DNA of 48,616 nt from Catajapyx aquilonaris (lineage: Eukaryota), in the NCBI GenBank assembly GCA_000934665.2, contig JYFJ02002924.1, positions 1 through 48,616 on the forward strand. Direction: 5' to 3'. The number at the start of each line of letters is the position of its first letter. The stretch's first letter is position 1. Below are positions 1-14,205 of this stretch, piece by piece. The notes beneath the pieces were generated by a model. The model made no database searches and was not told the origin of the DNA. It was given only the letters and a program-made list of their open reading frames with translations. The translations under genes were made by a program, and so were the position numbers.

Positions 1-3000
1 ATTATTATGGGAGTTTTTGGTGGCTGTATTGTCAAATAATATCTATGTATACTGTATACACATACCAATAGGAACAAAGGGAAAGTTAAAAATTGTTTAA
101 TACAGCAGCAATATTGCTGCAAAAACACAATTTACACCCCCCAAAAAAACATTTTCCCCCTCTTGTAATGTGGACATAAATCCTGCATAAATGGCAATAA
201 ACTGTAATTTCACATTCATATTTAACGCCTCCATAGTACTCTACAGAAAAACGTGCAAATGTGATGACCACAAAACTACACGTGCAAAAGAGGCAAATAT
301 TTAACACACGCATAAACATATTTCCGCAACAGCTAATTCTCGCCATTTTCATCCCAAAAAACGGTACCCCCCCTCTGCTTGCAGTTGGTCTGCGTAGTTT
401 TACATAACACATTTAAATCTGCGCTGAATAAAGCAGTGGCACTCTGGGCGCGAGTGAAGCCCTGCGGGCATAGAATTGGCCGAATGCAACGAGCAGAATG
501 GGAAAAAGCGAGGCAGAGCAGCGGTTAAAAGAGTCTGCGGGCAGAATGTGAATGTGTGGAATAGAGGGGAGGGTGGATGAGGGGAGAGAGGCGCAACAGG
601 TGTGGTCCGAAACGCATGTGGACCGTTTTACAGCACAGCGATAGGCTTGATTTATTCAGTTGCCACTGGCGCGTGCCTTCATGGCCTGTCAGATGGCATC
701 CAGTAAACTACACCAGCTAAAATCCGCGTTTATTTCATTTGAACCGAAAGGGGGAAAACAAATGGTGCGAATACCACGTTTTACACTTGCATTGGGCCAA
801 CAATATTTGTTTTGTTTTAGCGTTTAGCTTTAAGTTTAAAATGTTGCAGGATAGTGCTTGACCTGTTTCCAGGCCGTTTCATGACGGCAGATAGCGGATT
901 CGGCACCTAGAAATAACCACGTCCCGAGTTTCTCTTCCTTGGTTCCTTCCCCAAGGAGTACGCCCACTCAGTCGGCCAGCCTGCCACCGATGATGGAACA
1001 CCTGTGCTGGGGCTAAGGCTCGACCTGGCGCCAGAAAGAGCCACTTTTTGCTTCTGACCCCATGGGAACCTCCCCTCTCGCTCACGAGGTATTTTTTTCC
1101 CCCTCCTTCTACCTGCTCCCCTTCTCTCTATCTTTAGCTGCCCTTTGCCTTCTCCCTTGTCCTTCTCTGCCACTTAGCTATGTCTCTTCCGCACTCCAGG
1201 ACCTCGCCTTCCACTTGCTCAATTTAGCCTGGCATTCATGGAAGCCCTACTGGAGACCGCCGGGGCTTAATGGAAATGAGGCGGATTGTATAGGTGACCA
1301 AGTGGGTTCCTGCTCCAGGCCATAATCAATGCTGCACCTGACGGCCAAAAGGCCCACTAAGATGGAAAGGGCCGGATCACCTCGAAATGAGCAAACCCCA
1401 GTCTGATGAGACAGTGTGTACGGAGCTGGAAGGCATAAGTAGCTGCAGTCTGGATTTATGTTCTACAAGCTCTTAAAAAATTGACACACTAACTCCTACC
1501 AAACAGTTGATAGTCACATCAACATAAACTGTCAGATAAATTGTTCAAAAACCAGTCACTGTTGTCGCCCAAGTTAACCGTTATTCCCATATTTTCCGAT
1601 AAACAAGTTGTCTCCATCCCTTGTAATATAATAGGTAAATTTAATTTAATTTAAAATTAATAACACATAGACATCCCATGGTTGGTCCGGGACCCTTTTC
1701 ATTTAAAATTACTAATTTTATTATTATAACAGATTGTTACAACATTTCCACCTTACGTCCACTCTTACGTGAAATATTTCTTTGGGAACATGACCCCCAT
1801 GACCTAGTAGTCCACAATGTACCCTGATTTCAATAAGCGTAGTGCAAATGGGGGCTGTTCTGGCTCATCTTTCGTCTGGTGCTTGAGTTAGTGGGTAAAG
1901 GGGAAAGAGAGCTCGGTTTATAAACTGGTTGCATTTCTGAGCAGAGTCTGTTAATCTGGCTTGATTAGGAGACTCCATCCCGAATGGGGTGGAAAGATGG
2001 AGTATGGCAAAGGCCAATCTGGCGACAGCTCACACATGATTGGTTGGGCCCCACAGCATAATTCCAAAGGTGCGTAGAAGGCACCCTCCCGGTAATAAGT
2101 TGCAAATCCGTCTCTGCAGAGAAGCTGCGAGAGAGAGAGAGTGAGAGGATGGGGAGGAAGGGAAGGGTGGAGGGGGTGAAAAAAAGGAGTGGGAAGTGGA
2201 GGAGGAAGAGATGCTAATTAGGTTTTTGCGCTTGGCCATTCCATCCTGGGGCCAGGATATTAAATCGGGCGCGTTTGTCGAGGGGCCAAATCGCAGTAAT
2301 TTGGGAGGTTGGGGCTTCCCAACGCGCGCCTCCACCCCACCAGGACCACTCGCCCTTATTTGAATTCATGTCCTTATGCATAGTTTTCGTTTCCTGCGGT
2401 GGGAAGGCCTGGCACTAACACGCAGACAGGAATTCCGACCGCTTAAAAACCCCTGCTCTCTCTCCCCCACTGCTCTCTCGCCCAACCTCCCTTGCCTTGG
2501 ATCTCACGTTCTACAGAATCAGACAGCTTCGCTAGGTAAGGGCGTCGCACACTCATTTTCTTCAACCGAGTCAACAGGGGGAGTCACACTCTACTTCTTA
2601 TGACCCTACCAAGCCCAAACCTAAATAGCGAGTAGTCCATCCCTTCTCTAATGACAAGCTAGGATCTACCCGGTGTCTCAGTAATCCCACGGTCCACCTA
2701 CTGCCAGCGGCGGAGACAGCCCGATTACTCGTAGTAATTAGAGCCAAGAGTCGAAACGAGATGCACCGACGTGTGTGCATGAGAATAGGGGGGGACTCCC
2801 CTTTGGCAGAAGCAGCACATTTACAGAAGGGAGTGATGAAAGGCGCGGTGTTTCGCGAGGTGGGCGCTGGCCTTCTAAGCCAATTGTGCCGCTCACAGAC
2901 ACAGAGGGCGCAATTATGACAAGGAGCAAGGAAAAAGGCTGCCGGGGCCAAGAGCAAGAGAGGGAGAGAGAGAAGAGCGTTGAAAACGGTGAGCACGAGC

Positions 3001-6000
3001 TTCCAGACCATCAGCTCTGCTGCTCCCTTGCTCCGCTCGCTTAATTTTCCTCCACGTAATTACAAGGCCCAGGCTGCGGAGGAAAGGCCTGGGCCTACTA
3101 CGCCTAGTCAGGTTCATCCCCTCCACCACCTCACCCTTCCCCAGCCTCCTTCTGTACCTGTTCCTATAGTCGGCGCCGCCTTTGCAGGGATCCGCTACAT
3201 TTCCCCACCGCCGCTCTCCTCTTACCATTATTACTCGGCGCTGCTTCTCCCCTTCCCCACCCTCCTCTCAACCTCTTCTCCCTCTTCCCAAAGGGGCCAA
3301 GAACCAACAGTGGGCAGAAAGGCCGGCGACGCGGGAACCGAGTGTGTCGTTGTTACAACCACACGTTTGCCCAGGACGGCCCATAAGAGAGAGCTGGCGG
3401 AGAGAAGGGAGGGGNNGGGGGGGGGGAGGGTACACTCACATTCCTGATTCCGTAATGACTGGAGGCCCTGCGTTTAGAGTTAATTTGTTATTTGGAAGGG
3501 GGAGGGATTATTGTTGGAAGGGAATGACGTTGTGTGGTGTAGGCAATTTTTGCATTGGGATCCGATCGAGAGGTGGTAAGCCATGATGTGTTCGTCAGAG
3601 AGGAAAGTGAGCTACGGAATTGTGACCACACCTGCTAAAATTTAGGACAATATTTTGATCCTTCGTATGGAATATTCGCCTCTTGTTATGCACTTCCACA
3701 GTAAGAATTCTGCGAAAGTCACTAGCACTCGGTGAACTTCCGTGCTGCTACGTTGACATGGTGTCTTATTGAATTTCCGATTGCACGCACTAAACGCACG
3801 GTGTGATAGCGGTCACGGATTGTGGTTGCGTACATAGTTACAAGCACAGTAAGAAAAGCCTTTCATTTGACTGGCAGAGAGCGCCGACTTTCTGATGTCA
3901 TTATTTGAATGGATCAATGTTAGAAAAACTATTGCATGTGGAACAATACAACTTCGTGCTTACATGATGTTTCTTAAAGATTTTGCCATCGTTGAAAAGC
4001 CAGTTCCCATATACGCCAGTAAAAATGTGACGCCACAACTGGCACACACTGACAGAAATGTAGCATAATACCAGTTGACACATTCCATACAAATCTAAAC
4101 ATATTCTTCAAGACTTGTGACTTGGACATACCCTCCTGTGACGTTGCGTGTGAGAATCCTGATTTCCCCTAGGAGGCATAGTGGGGGTTGGCCCAATATG
4201 GGGGAGGAAAAAAGAACGAGTCCGATCGAGTCCGAATCAATGTGACTCTAAAGTCCGTCATGAAATGGTGGTGGGGGATTGCTGCCAGCAGGTGAGTGAG
4301 TCCCCATTACTCATCACGTGAGCGTGTTTTTCCCCACCAAGTGCGCCCCCCCCCACCTCCCCTAAAGAAACTCCAGGCACGGAAGGCCCTATTTGCACCG
4401 CGTGCGTTGGGATCATTTAGGCACCCAGGTGCGAACGGCCTTCCCTCAGTCTAATGACGAGCCTCCTATCTGTGCACCTAGGTAAAACACTGAGCTCAAG
4501 GTTCCGCAATGTTCACAAGGAAGAAAAATAAATACTGATTAGTAGTTAAACTTGGCAACACTGCCAGGTGGCGCACTAGCTCCCCCTCTGCACACTACTG
4601 CCGCTGTCAGGCGGAAAGTAGTACTAAATGCACGTTGGTCGCGTGTTGCCCAATAAATCCGCTCCGTTTGATGCAGTTTTAGATACCCTAGACTGGATCA
4701 TGAAAAGTAGCCCCTATAGGAGCGGGCCAAGTGAGGAGAGACCCGTTTCATTAATCTCATTGACTGAGCTTGGACCAGGGGCGTCGCAACACATTGGGGC
4801 GCAGGCAGCAGAAATAGAAGGGGGGCGGTTTCCATGGGGGAAGAAATGAAAGGCAGTGCACGGAGGAAAAGGAGCCTAAGTCTGTACAGAGAGAGGCGAG
4901 GAGGGCTTAATCTGGGCTGATGAGCCCTATTGAAGGAGTCTTGGCCCGGAGGCAAGGGAGGGGGGGGGGGCTGAATCATTTCTGGGGCGGAGGCCTTGGG
5001 GTGAACCCGAGCGGAATCGCATGCACCTTCAGACTTCATTGCGTGGATAAGCCCAGGGCAGCAGGCCCGGGGGTCTCCAGCTCTCCCTAGAGATCGCGAC
5101 TATCTTGGTTCCCACACCGCTCCAGGGAAATGGTCCTGGGATTTTTCTCTCCAACACCAGGATAGAAGCCAGGTTTTTATCAACATCCGAAGGGACATAC
5201 ACACACACAAAAAAAATGTCCGGAATGTATGAATCCTATGGAGATTGCGGACCACTTTGAGACGAGCCCGTGGAGAACGCGCGTAACTTTGGACCTGTCC
5301 TGTAAGTTAGACAATGTTTCTAACCAGTTAAATTGACTCCGCATGGGATTCAGGGGCGGCCCATGTATTTTCATAAATAAAAAGCTGGAACGCAACGTCC
5401 CCCTGGCCTCTCTCTCGTTGAATGACGGCAAAAAACACGGGGACCGCGTTCAGAAGTTGGCCCAAGTGGGTTTCGAGTGGTCACAAGAGCTAATTTGGTA
5501 AATTGCACCAAAAAACACTTCAGCGTTGGATTTTTTGCGCAACGGAGAGTTGAACGGGGATGGTTGGAGTATGTAGAAGATCAAGTGTCGCGAAAGTGTA
5601 AAAAGAGTGCGAATAGTGTCGAGGCCTCATAGAAGGGCTGTCAGGAGGAGTTGCGAATGGGTCGTGGGGGAGGGGGGGGGGAGAGAATCAAATGCATGGA
5701 GAAGGGTCCTTACTGCCCCCCCCCTTTTGTAGCTGTTTCTCACATAGCTGCATTTAATGGCGGCGGGCAGCGTTCCAATTGCCTCTTGTGAGGTGGGTGT
5801 CGGGTCATCTGGAGGAGCGCTCTGGTCAATATTGCTCCAGGAGACCAGGAGTTGCCAGCCAGATGCAGTAGAAGTGTATAGCCAGCAAAACCGCCCCTTT
5901 GCTTTTCTAATCATGCTTTAGCTCGGGCATGCTAGTAGCGGCACTTTCTAATGATCTGGGCCGCCCATGAATTAAATTATTAATTTTTCCACTCGGGAAG

Positions 6001-9000
6001 ACTTTATGTCCGAACGGCCAATCTTTCCTTTCACCAAGTTGGGTTATTAGGCCTGATTATCATAATAATTGTGCACGGTCTCCCTCTAATAATGACCAAT
6101 TATAGTCAAGCAGCATGGAAAGACAAATGAAAATATGCCTGAAAACACATTAAGTGTGAAATGATGTTTTTCCTCTTTTGATTTAGGCGTGACGGTCCAC
6201 ATGCTTCGCTCGTCTCTTATATGATGTTGTTTTTTTTTTGTCAAAAATGTAAGCGCAAAAAATCCGGAAGTAGTTGGGGGCGAAGTGAGAGCCATTACCT
6301 GAAGTAACATTTTTCCTCCCCTTCTTTGACTGCCCTCCGGTGGCTAATAGGAAGCATAGAAAAGGATCTCTCCCTTCCCCTCTCCCCCCCTCACCCTAAA
6401 TCATAATCTCTATTTATGACACCCGCTGCATTCCTTAATTTTCTCCTCACTTTCCCTTCCTTATCTCGGGGCGCCGTTTCCCTCCTTGGCGGAGACAGAG
6501 AAAGGCGCGCGCAGAGCAGTAATTAATCTGATTACTGCGAAGGGCTGCTGGTCGCACTCCTTCGCCGCCATTGTCCGCCTTATTGTCTGCGGAGAGCGCC
6601 GCTTCTACCCCCCTCATTCCTACCCCATCCCCACCACCCTTCACAAGCCATCTATATGCACCTCGTACGCACCAATTCCCTCTCCCGCACCCATATACCA
6701 TTTTAACTGGAGGTGTATGTTCGCAGTAATAATTACAGCTTCAACACACACCATATCATTGTGCGATATTGCTGGGGAGCTATACTGTCTGTAAATTAAC
6801 ACCCGCTAGCATCGATTCAATCATGGTATATTCATCATATGTGCGTAGAGATGGCTGACCCTGTAGGGTATGGGAGGGGGGGGGGTTGAATAAAAAAAAT
6901 CAGTTATGCAAGGGGTGTGCGGGCAGCGACGTTTGATATTCCGCATCGACAAGTGGGATGAAAGTTGGGGATGGGATGTATGCGCATGGAACTAATTGGA
7001 GGCTGGATGCGAGGTGTTGATATTAGAAGGAGCTTGATCTGCGAGGAGTCTGAGAGAGAGGGAGGGAGGGAGGAATTGAAGGAAAGGAGAGAGGTCTTGG
7101 AGATGCCTTGTTAGCATGCGGAGAGGGGGGCTCCGACGTGGAAAGTCCCCGCTCCGACATTTGGCGGCCCGAGACAGCAGGTTGGCGGAGAGAGCAACGG
7201 GAAACGAATGGAGAACAGCGAGAATCACGACTAGTCCATTTGGGAATCGACGGAATGTGGCGCCCGTGACTGCTGCTGCATGGCGCCTCTAAGGGGGTCG
7301 GGGTCTGGCAAAAAGACATGAGGCAAAGGTGCAGTCATATTATACGTGGAACGATCAGATAACGATAAGAAATCATAAATGATGTGATCGAAATATGACC
7401 TAAAATCGCTTTTTGTATTTCCAAGTATGGTCACAAAATAACCTGTCTCTACTTCAATATTTAGAAATGAGGGTTAATCTAATCCGGTAAGTTCACATTT
7501 TCGAGGACACTTGTGAAAATGAACAGGTGTGCATTTACTTTAAACACATTACATTTCAACTGTTCTGTTAGGTTAAACTGTAGCCTAATCCTCAAACGAC
7601 ACTCATTTGTCAGTACGAATTATTACTCTCTTCTAGTCATTGCAATATGTGTGTTGGATCAATTTTGGATGGCATTAACCCAAGTTAGACAGTAGATTTG
7701 AACAAACAGTGTCTCATTTTTGCGCATTTTTACGTTCGAACGATTTTTCGTGTTTGCTGACTTCTCTTCCTGATTATCTTTCCTACCTGCAGCTAGTTTT
7801 CTGGAGAGCAAACCTCAGACGATTCCCTGCAGGTTTAACTTTTTATGTAACATACAGTTGTCTAATATGAAAATAAAACTACTGTACATTGTGCTTTGGG
7901 TATGGGAGGGGGAAATATATAACTAAAATATTAGTTTGCAGACTTCTCCTGTCAAACTTTCTATGCAAACAGTTGTGGACATTTGACCAGTGACATTTCA
8001 GGTACATCTGTAAACGTGGTTATGTAATCAAATCAAAAGCCCACTATTTTACATAAGTTCCCTTAGTCCTTGTGCCTATATGTACAGAGCACTGAACATG
8101 CCATATTTCAATTAAAATTGAATTCTGGGTTACAGATAGGTCACATATAACCCGTACTTGAATGCAGCATATACACAGCAATTGCATTAATAATATTTAG
8201 TCGCTACCTACTGCCGTTTATTTTTGCTAGAAATTTTAAGATGCATGCCAACGTTGTTTCCATGCGTATGCCGATAATATTCACACTTGCAGAGGAAGCA
8301 TCATCACTAGTTCCTCCTTATATACACCTTCCTCCGATTCCCTGTGCTTCTCTCTCCCTCTCCAAGGGTTGGAGTAAAGACCAAATCAGTCCCTCGCAGC
8401 AACAGCACACGAGGCAAAATCTCCGCCGGTTAAGTAAATGAAATCTTGATTGCACGTAGCCCCCATGCCAAGCTAAGCCTTCTGTAATTACCGCCCTTCT
8501 CCACCTTAGGAACGCGTTTTCGGCGAGGAGTTTGATCAGAGAAGCGGCCAAAGTCGATCCTCTCCTCGTCTTCGCCTCTCCCTCCCTCCTCTCCTTTCCC
8601 CCTTTTCCTTCCCACGGCCTCAAAGTGTGGCTGGGATACATTTTCCGAGGCACCGCTGGATTCCATCTCTCCCTCACCTCATGCATCGTTCGCTGATTAA
8701 TCTTCAATTGCCCTACTTTTCCACCCAAAATTTTTTAAGAGAAGATGGACAAACACCGAATTGGCGCTCCCAGCAGTTGGCAGCAGTGCTCGCAGACGTG
8801 TTTCTCTGATGGACGACACGAGTCTGGGAGGCGATAATATGGCTGGAGCAACTTAATCCTGTAAGAGCCAAGCCAGCCAGCCAGCAGGCAAGCAAGATCT
8901 AAGTCTCTCGGAAGAGAGAGACGAGAGATGGAGGCTTCTGGCTGCTGGTGTCTTTGCACACGGATGGACGCATCGGAATCCCTTCTGGCCCGCCTGCTCC

Positions 9001-12000
9001 TGCGGTCACATCTAATTGAAGTGCCACCTCCCTCGCACACCTCCCCATCCTTCCTTCCTTCCTTGCCTCCTCCTCCTCCACCACCCTCCCATCCCACCCC
9101 CCCTAATTTAACGCAATTAATTAACACACCACTGTGACAGCCCCCCTGGAACTTTGGACAGCAGGAAGCGACCACGAGAGGCGAGAGGAAGTCAACACAT
9201 GCCACGCGGGAAGTGGCTGCACCTTGCGGTAACCAACACATTAACAAGTTGGTTGCTGCAGATAAAGAGGCTTCTCCCCAGCCGGAAGGAAGGAAACCCA
9301 ACTACTTTGAGACTTCGGGACTCCTTGGACCGCCATTTCACCTCTTTTGAAGCTGGAGTTCGACGTAAGGTTCTTTCCATGTCAGCGTGGGTTTTTTGGG
9401 GGGTTCTCCTGCTTTAACATGGCATTGCGACCAAAATTCAGCATGATATAGCGCCCTGATCAGAATTTCTGTCCTAGGCCTGACTAGGCCCAGCTCCACG
9501 TGGTTTGTTTTCTGATGGACGTTCTTAGTGCAAAAGTGTTGCCTTACATGCATGGACTCTCCCAGTAGACGTAGTTGACCTAGAAATGAGGTCATTTTTA
9601 GGGGTCGATGTCTCGAGCCAAATTATTATGTGAGCCACGTGACGGAAGAATAGGGGCATGCAGTATAAGAGAGGGATATTTTACCAGAAGGGTTGGCCAC
9701 CGCCGACGGGCTATGGTCGTCGGAAGGGAGATGCGACACTCGCAATTATCATAATCAGAGCACGCATCAGCGGAATCCGCCGAATTTGAATACTGAGACT
9801 CCTACAGGAAAAGACAAAGTTTATGAATTTTCATTTCGATATCAGCGAGTTCTTGTGTTTTGCCTGGTGCCGACTGTAAAATTGTCTCTCCCTCGAAAAA
9901 GAACAAAGTGGAGCAAAATACGGGGAAAAGGCAGAATCCTCTGCGGGCTTTTCGTCTGTGAAAGGCCTCCGCCGACTCATTAGAATATCTTTCTGCGGAT
10001 TCTTAAAGGAGGAGGAGGGGGGAGGGAATCGACGCCAAATGTTTCTATTTTCCACGGGATTTTCGCCTGTGGAAATTACCGCCTGCAATCCGCTATGAGA
10101 AAGAGCAGCGGCACACAAAATTTTGCATTTCCAATTGATAATGCCATCAATACATATTACGAAATATATTTAAATAAGTGTGCTTCACGCCCTCTGAGAT
10201 ATTGAACGTACCGGCAACGTAGATATGAAGTCGCAAAGTGGGAGTGGCGACCGTTAAAAGATTGTCTCTTCCTTTTTGCAGAGCGAAAAACGTGGTCGAT
10301 CTTAAACGCCTCCCAGCATCCATCTTCTCCCTTGTGTGCCTCGCGCAATAAATTCATCTTCCTGCCTGCAATATTTCTCCTTCTGCGCAAAACTACAATT
10401 TAATTGTTGCTCCACCGCATTCTCCCTTCCGGCATCTTTTCTTCTTCTTCTTGCTCTCCACACGACTCTCTACCATCCCCCTTAAAACGCTGCCACTTGA
10501 CAAGCGATTTAGCCCCCCCATCGCATTTAGATACCATTTTTCAACCTTCCTTCCCACCCACCAGAGGGGTTCTTCAGGGCCACTTCTGCCCACGAAGATT
10601 GATACCAAAAGACCACGAGATGCGATGGAATGTCAGTTCGCCATTTTTATGAACCCTTAATGGCTTTCTTGCCGGGAGAGAAAGAGACGGGGAGACAGAA
10701 AAGAGCAAGTTCTCTCTCTCTCTCGGAGCCGTGCCGACACCTTTGTGAGACTGTGTTGGCGGGGATTGTGAAGAGGTATGAAGAAAGGAATGGAGCTGAG
10801 AAAGTGGAGGGCAAGAGAGAGGGGGGAGGGGGGAGGATCTCTCTCACAAGCCCTATCCCTCCTCAATGAAAACCCAGCCAGAACGCTAGCTAGGTTCAGA
10901 TTTGCAAAACCAGCACGTGATTTGTGTGCCAAGTTCTGTGCTCGTAGAGCGGAGGGGCCACCAACATCAATAATAAGCGCCCTTCGAGGGGGAGGGAAGA
11001 GAAGAAGAGAAGGAGAGAAAAAAAGACGGTCATTGGAGTGAATTGAAGGGGAAAGCCTTAAGTGGCTGCTGCTGCTGCTCGTTCTCTTTTACGCCGACAA
11101 AACTTGCTTGCGATTGTTGGAGTATGCGGCGGTCTCCCTCATCTACCTTTGAAGGACGAGCGCACTTGTGTGCCCTTACTTCATTTTACCTAACGAACCT
11201 AACCGCGGTCCTTCTCCGTAATGTCAACCTCGCATTCTCCTCTCAATTGCTAAGGGATATTACTCCAGATTGGCCTCAAAAGGCAGGACTGCCACTCGTG
11301 TCAATATTGCGTGCTTGTTGAATTTCTGGAGGCAAATCACTTGTTATGCTGACACTTATGTGAAGAGGTTGCGTCATATGTATATTGACAAGTCCCAGAG
11401 AGAGGACTGATGGCTCCTAAGGCTGGTATTCATTCCCGTCACCAATCCCTCTTCTTCCCCCTAAAAAAAACTCGGAAAAAAAAATCTGCGGAGAGAGGAA
11501 AGCAGCAGCGACATTCCTCCGCCGAAGGAAGGATTGCCAAGATCTTGGTAACAAGTTTGGAAGTTCAAAAAGGATCAAATCCAATATGAGTTGCCACAAG
11601 AGGATTAGGAGACCACGGGGAGAAGAGGGGGGGAGAGAGCTTCGGAAGAAACTTGAAATACGCCGTGAAATATCGGCTCCCATCCCTCCCAAGCACTTCT
11701 ATACATCCCCCCAATTCCACCCCCTCAGGTATGGGTGATTTACATGGGAAATCAGGAGGAAGCGGGACCTCCGAAAACCGGTGGAGGGTTGGGGAGGGAA
11801 GGGGAAAAGGGGGTGGTGGCAGCGGCGCTAATCGAGTTACCGGGGCAGGCCCGGCGACAGCGGACAAATGGCAACACGACTATTTGCTCGGCTAATCGGC
11901 CGGCTAAAGCGGCTTCTTGCTTGTCCCCCATCAAGCCCGCCCCATTCCTGTCCCGGATCCCTATCCCATCCATCCCAATCCCGGGCTGCCCACGTGGGTT

Positions 12001-14139
12001 TGCATGTGCCGCACTGGATACCCAAAAGTGACAAGTATCGGCTGGTTCAAAAATCGAAAAGTTGACATGGAGCCGGCGCCTTATTGGAGACCCTGGCCTC
12101 ACTTTGCATGCAGTGTCCGGGGTAAATAAGGTGGCCGTGGTGCATGCTAATCGGCTCGTTGGAGGCCGCCAGCCCTTGTTATCGGCGCAGAAGGCAAAAG
12201 GAGAGGGGGGGGGAGAGAAGTAAAGAGACAACCTGCGCCATCAGTAGCAACTAGACAGCAACAGTAGCAGCAGGCTGCGACAGAGGCGAAGGCGGCGGTG
12301 GCGGAGGCAGCAGCAAAAAGGTGACTCATTAAATGGAAATTTCCTAACAAGCAGTGTGACGGCGTGTCGACGGCAGGAGAGCAGCCCCGGTTGCAATTAA
12401 TCAGGAACCGGTCGCAGTTGCAGCGTCTTCAGCCTGCCGCGCCTGTCATTATCCACCTGGCAATGCGGATGTACGTTGTCGCCTTGACAGCGGCGGCGAG
12501 GAGCGCTTCTGCGGTCCAAGGGAAATGCCGACACCCAGCAAACCTGCCTTCCTTTCTGCCTCCCCCAACCTTCCACCCTTACCCCCCACCCAACCACCGC
12601 TTTCTCACTCGCAGCCTGCTACCATTTATTCTTCTCCACTGAACTGGAGATACTCGCCCATGAGCATTTTCAGGAATTGTTTTCACACCTACATTCTGTG
12701 AGAGAAGGTGTCGCCAGAACGCGGATTTCAGGTTCTTCGCGAGAATTATTTTAATCCGCTAAAATTGTTGCAGGATTCTACAATATACTGACAGAAACAA
12801 AATGTAACGTAAGTCCAACGTTTACTATATTGCAGACTAGCCCGGAGCATTTGACGTGACTAGAGTTCAATTCTCTGATCAGGCAAGTACATTTCGACAT
12901 GCAAGATGATATAACATCGCGTGGGTAGTTTTCTCATACATGCAATAAATCCATTATAATTTTGTGGATAAATTAAAGTATTTTAATAAAAATTGTGGCT
13001 CGCATTACTTGTGCTGATTTTTTGACGCACCGGGTGATTCCAGACACGCCCTGCCACCTGCCTGCATCTTTGCGTGTCAAGGCGGTGATTGCTCTTAATA
13101 CCAACAATAATGACTCTGATGGCAATCTAGGCTTTACCGTGACTAATAATAACGTCGTTAGGGTGTGGACGTGTCCTATTAGATGGACCGCCCGAATTAT
13201 TTTCCCATCAGAACGAGTCTTTCTCGTTAGTTGAGTTGCAATTCCCCCTTCCCAAGGCGCCATCGTGCTTTTGTCTGCATATGATGTCCCCAAAAGCGGC
13301 CATGTTTTTCTCGCAATCCAAATAGAAAAGGGTCACACTTCACCGGTCACGAAAATATCTGCCACTAATTGGCAAATGCGGTTACGGGTTGGAAAGGGAA
13401 GGGAAATATTATTACGTACTAATTGTACTGGCCTAAGTTTATTGTCACACGTTTTAATTTGATTTTAACGGGGGAAATCTGATGGAGTTTCCTAATAAGG
13501 ATAGCTCGTACAAAAGACAGGTGCGTGCAAGGGTATCAAGGAAAGGGAGCGTTTTATCCACTCCGTAATAGAAACTTCTTAATTAATGGCATTTGTCTCA
13601 CCACATCCAACTTTGGATTGTTAGAACTCGAGAACGTGTCTATATTTTCTCAAGTACAGTTACATTTGCATGAAAAAATTTGCCTTACAGTTAGACTTTG
13701 CGGGCCGCACGGCAACAAACAGATCGCGTGCACAAATCTCAATTCAGATCACAGTGGGTCTGGAATCGAATAAGAAGTACCAAAATCCCAAATTAAATTT
13801 CCAATTGAGCTCGGGTTAAGGAAGACTGGCGTCCCTGGGCGCACTTCCTTCCGCCTTTTTTTCCTTCCCTTTCTTCCTTCTTTTTCCTGAAGCACGCTTT
13901 CCCCAAACAAGCTCTTTCGACGGGGGAATCATGGTCAATGACTGCCCTTTAAATATTGACCTAATCGCTCGATTTTTTCCGCTGGGTGAGGCTCAATCTT
14001 TGCGTGACTCGCCAATGAAGGAAGCAGATGCTGGCGATGTTAGCTGAGAAAACAACCCGGTTTCTACTGAACCTGAGCTCTTTTTATAGTCCCTTTATAG
14101 GGCAAGGTTACAATTTGCAAACCAATAATATTGCTGAAT

Positions 14140-14205
14140 TCATGTTGGAGGATACATACGACAAATACGATACGATTTATTTGTCGTATGTATCCTCCAA
14201 CATGA
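14140..14205. repeat. Perfect inverted repeat: 28-bp arms, 10-nt spacer
   Basis: Left arm TCATGTTGGAGGATACATACGACAAATA (14140-14167) is the exact reverse complement of 14178-14205; spacer CGATACGATT. Confidence 0.95.

Noticed and set aside
105..120. 16-bp palindrome GCAGCAATATTGCTGC
   Set aside because: Real, but short and isolated; about one palindrome of this size is plausible by chance in 48 kb.
3411..3427. G run containing an N
   Set aside because: Homopolymer sequencing ambiguity, not biology.
2980..3447. 155-aa Pro/Ser-rich ORF and similar ORFs (8735-9301, 11752-12231, 23176-23673)
   Set aside because: Composition comes from C/T and G/A tracts; overlapping ORFs occur in several frames, with no domain or splice support.
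7755..7838. Strong acceptor at 7791-7792
   Set aside because: No credible donor nearby (only GTTTAA).
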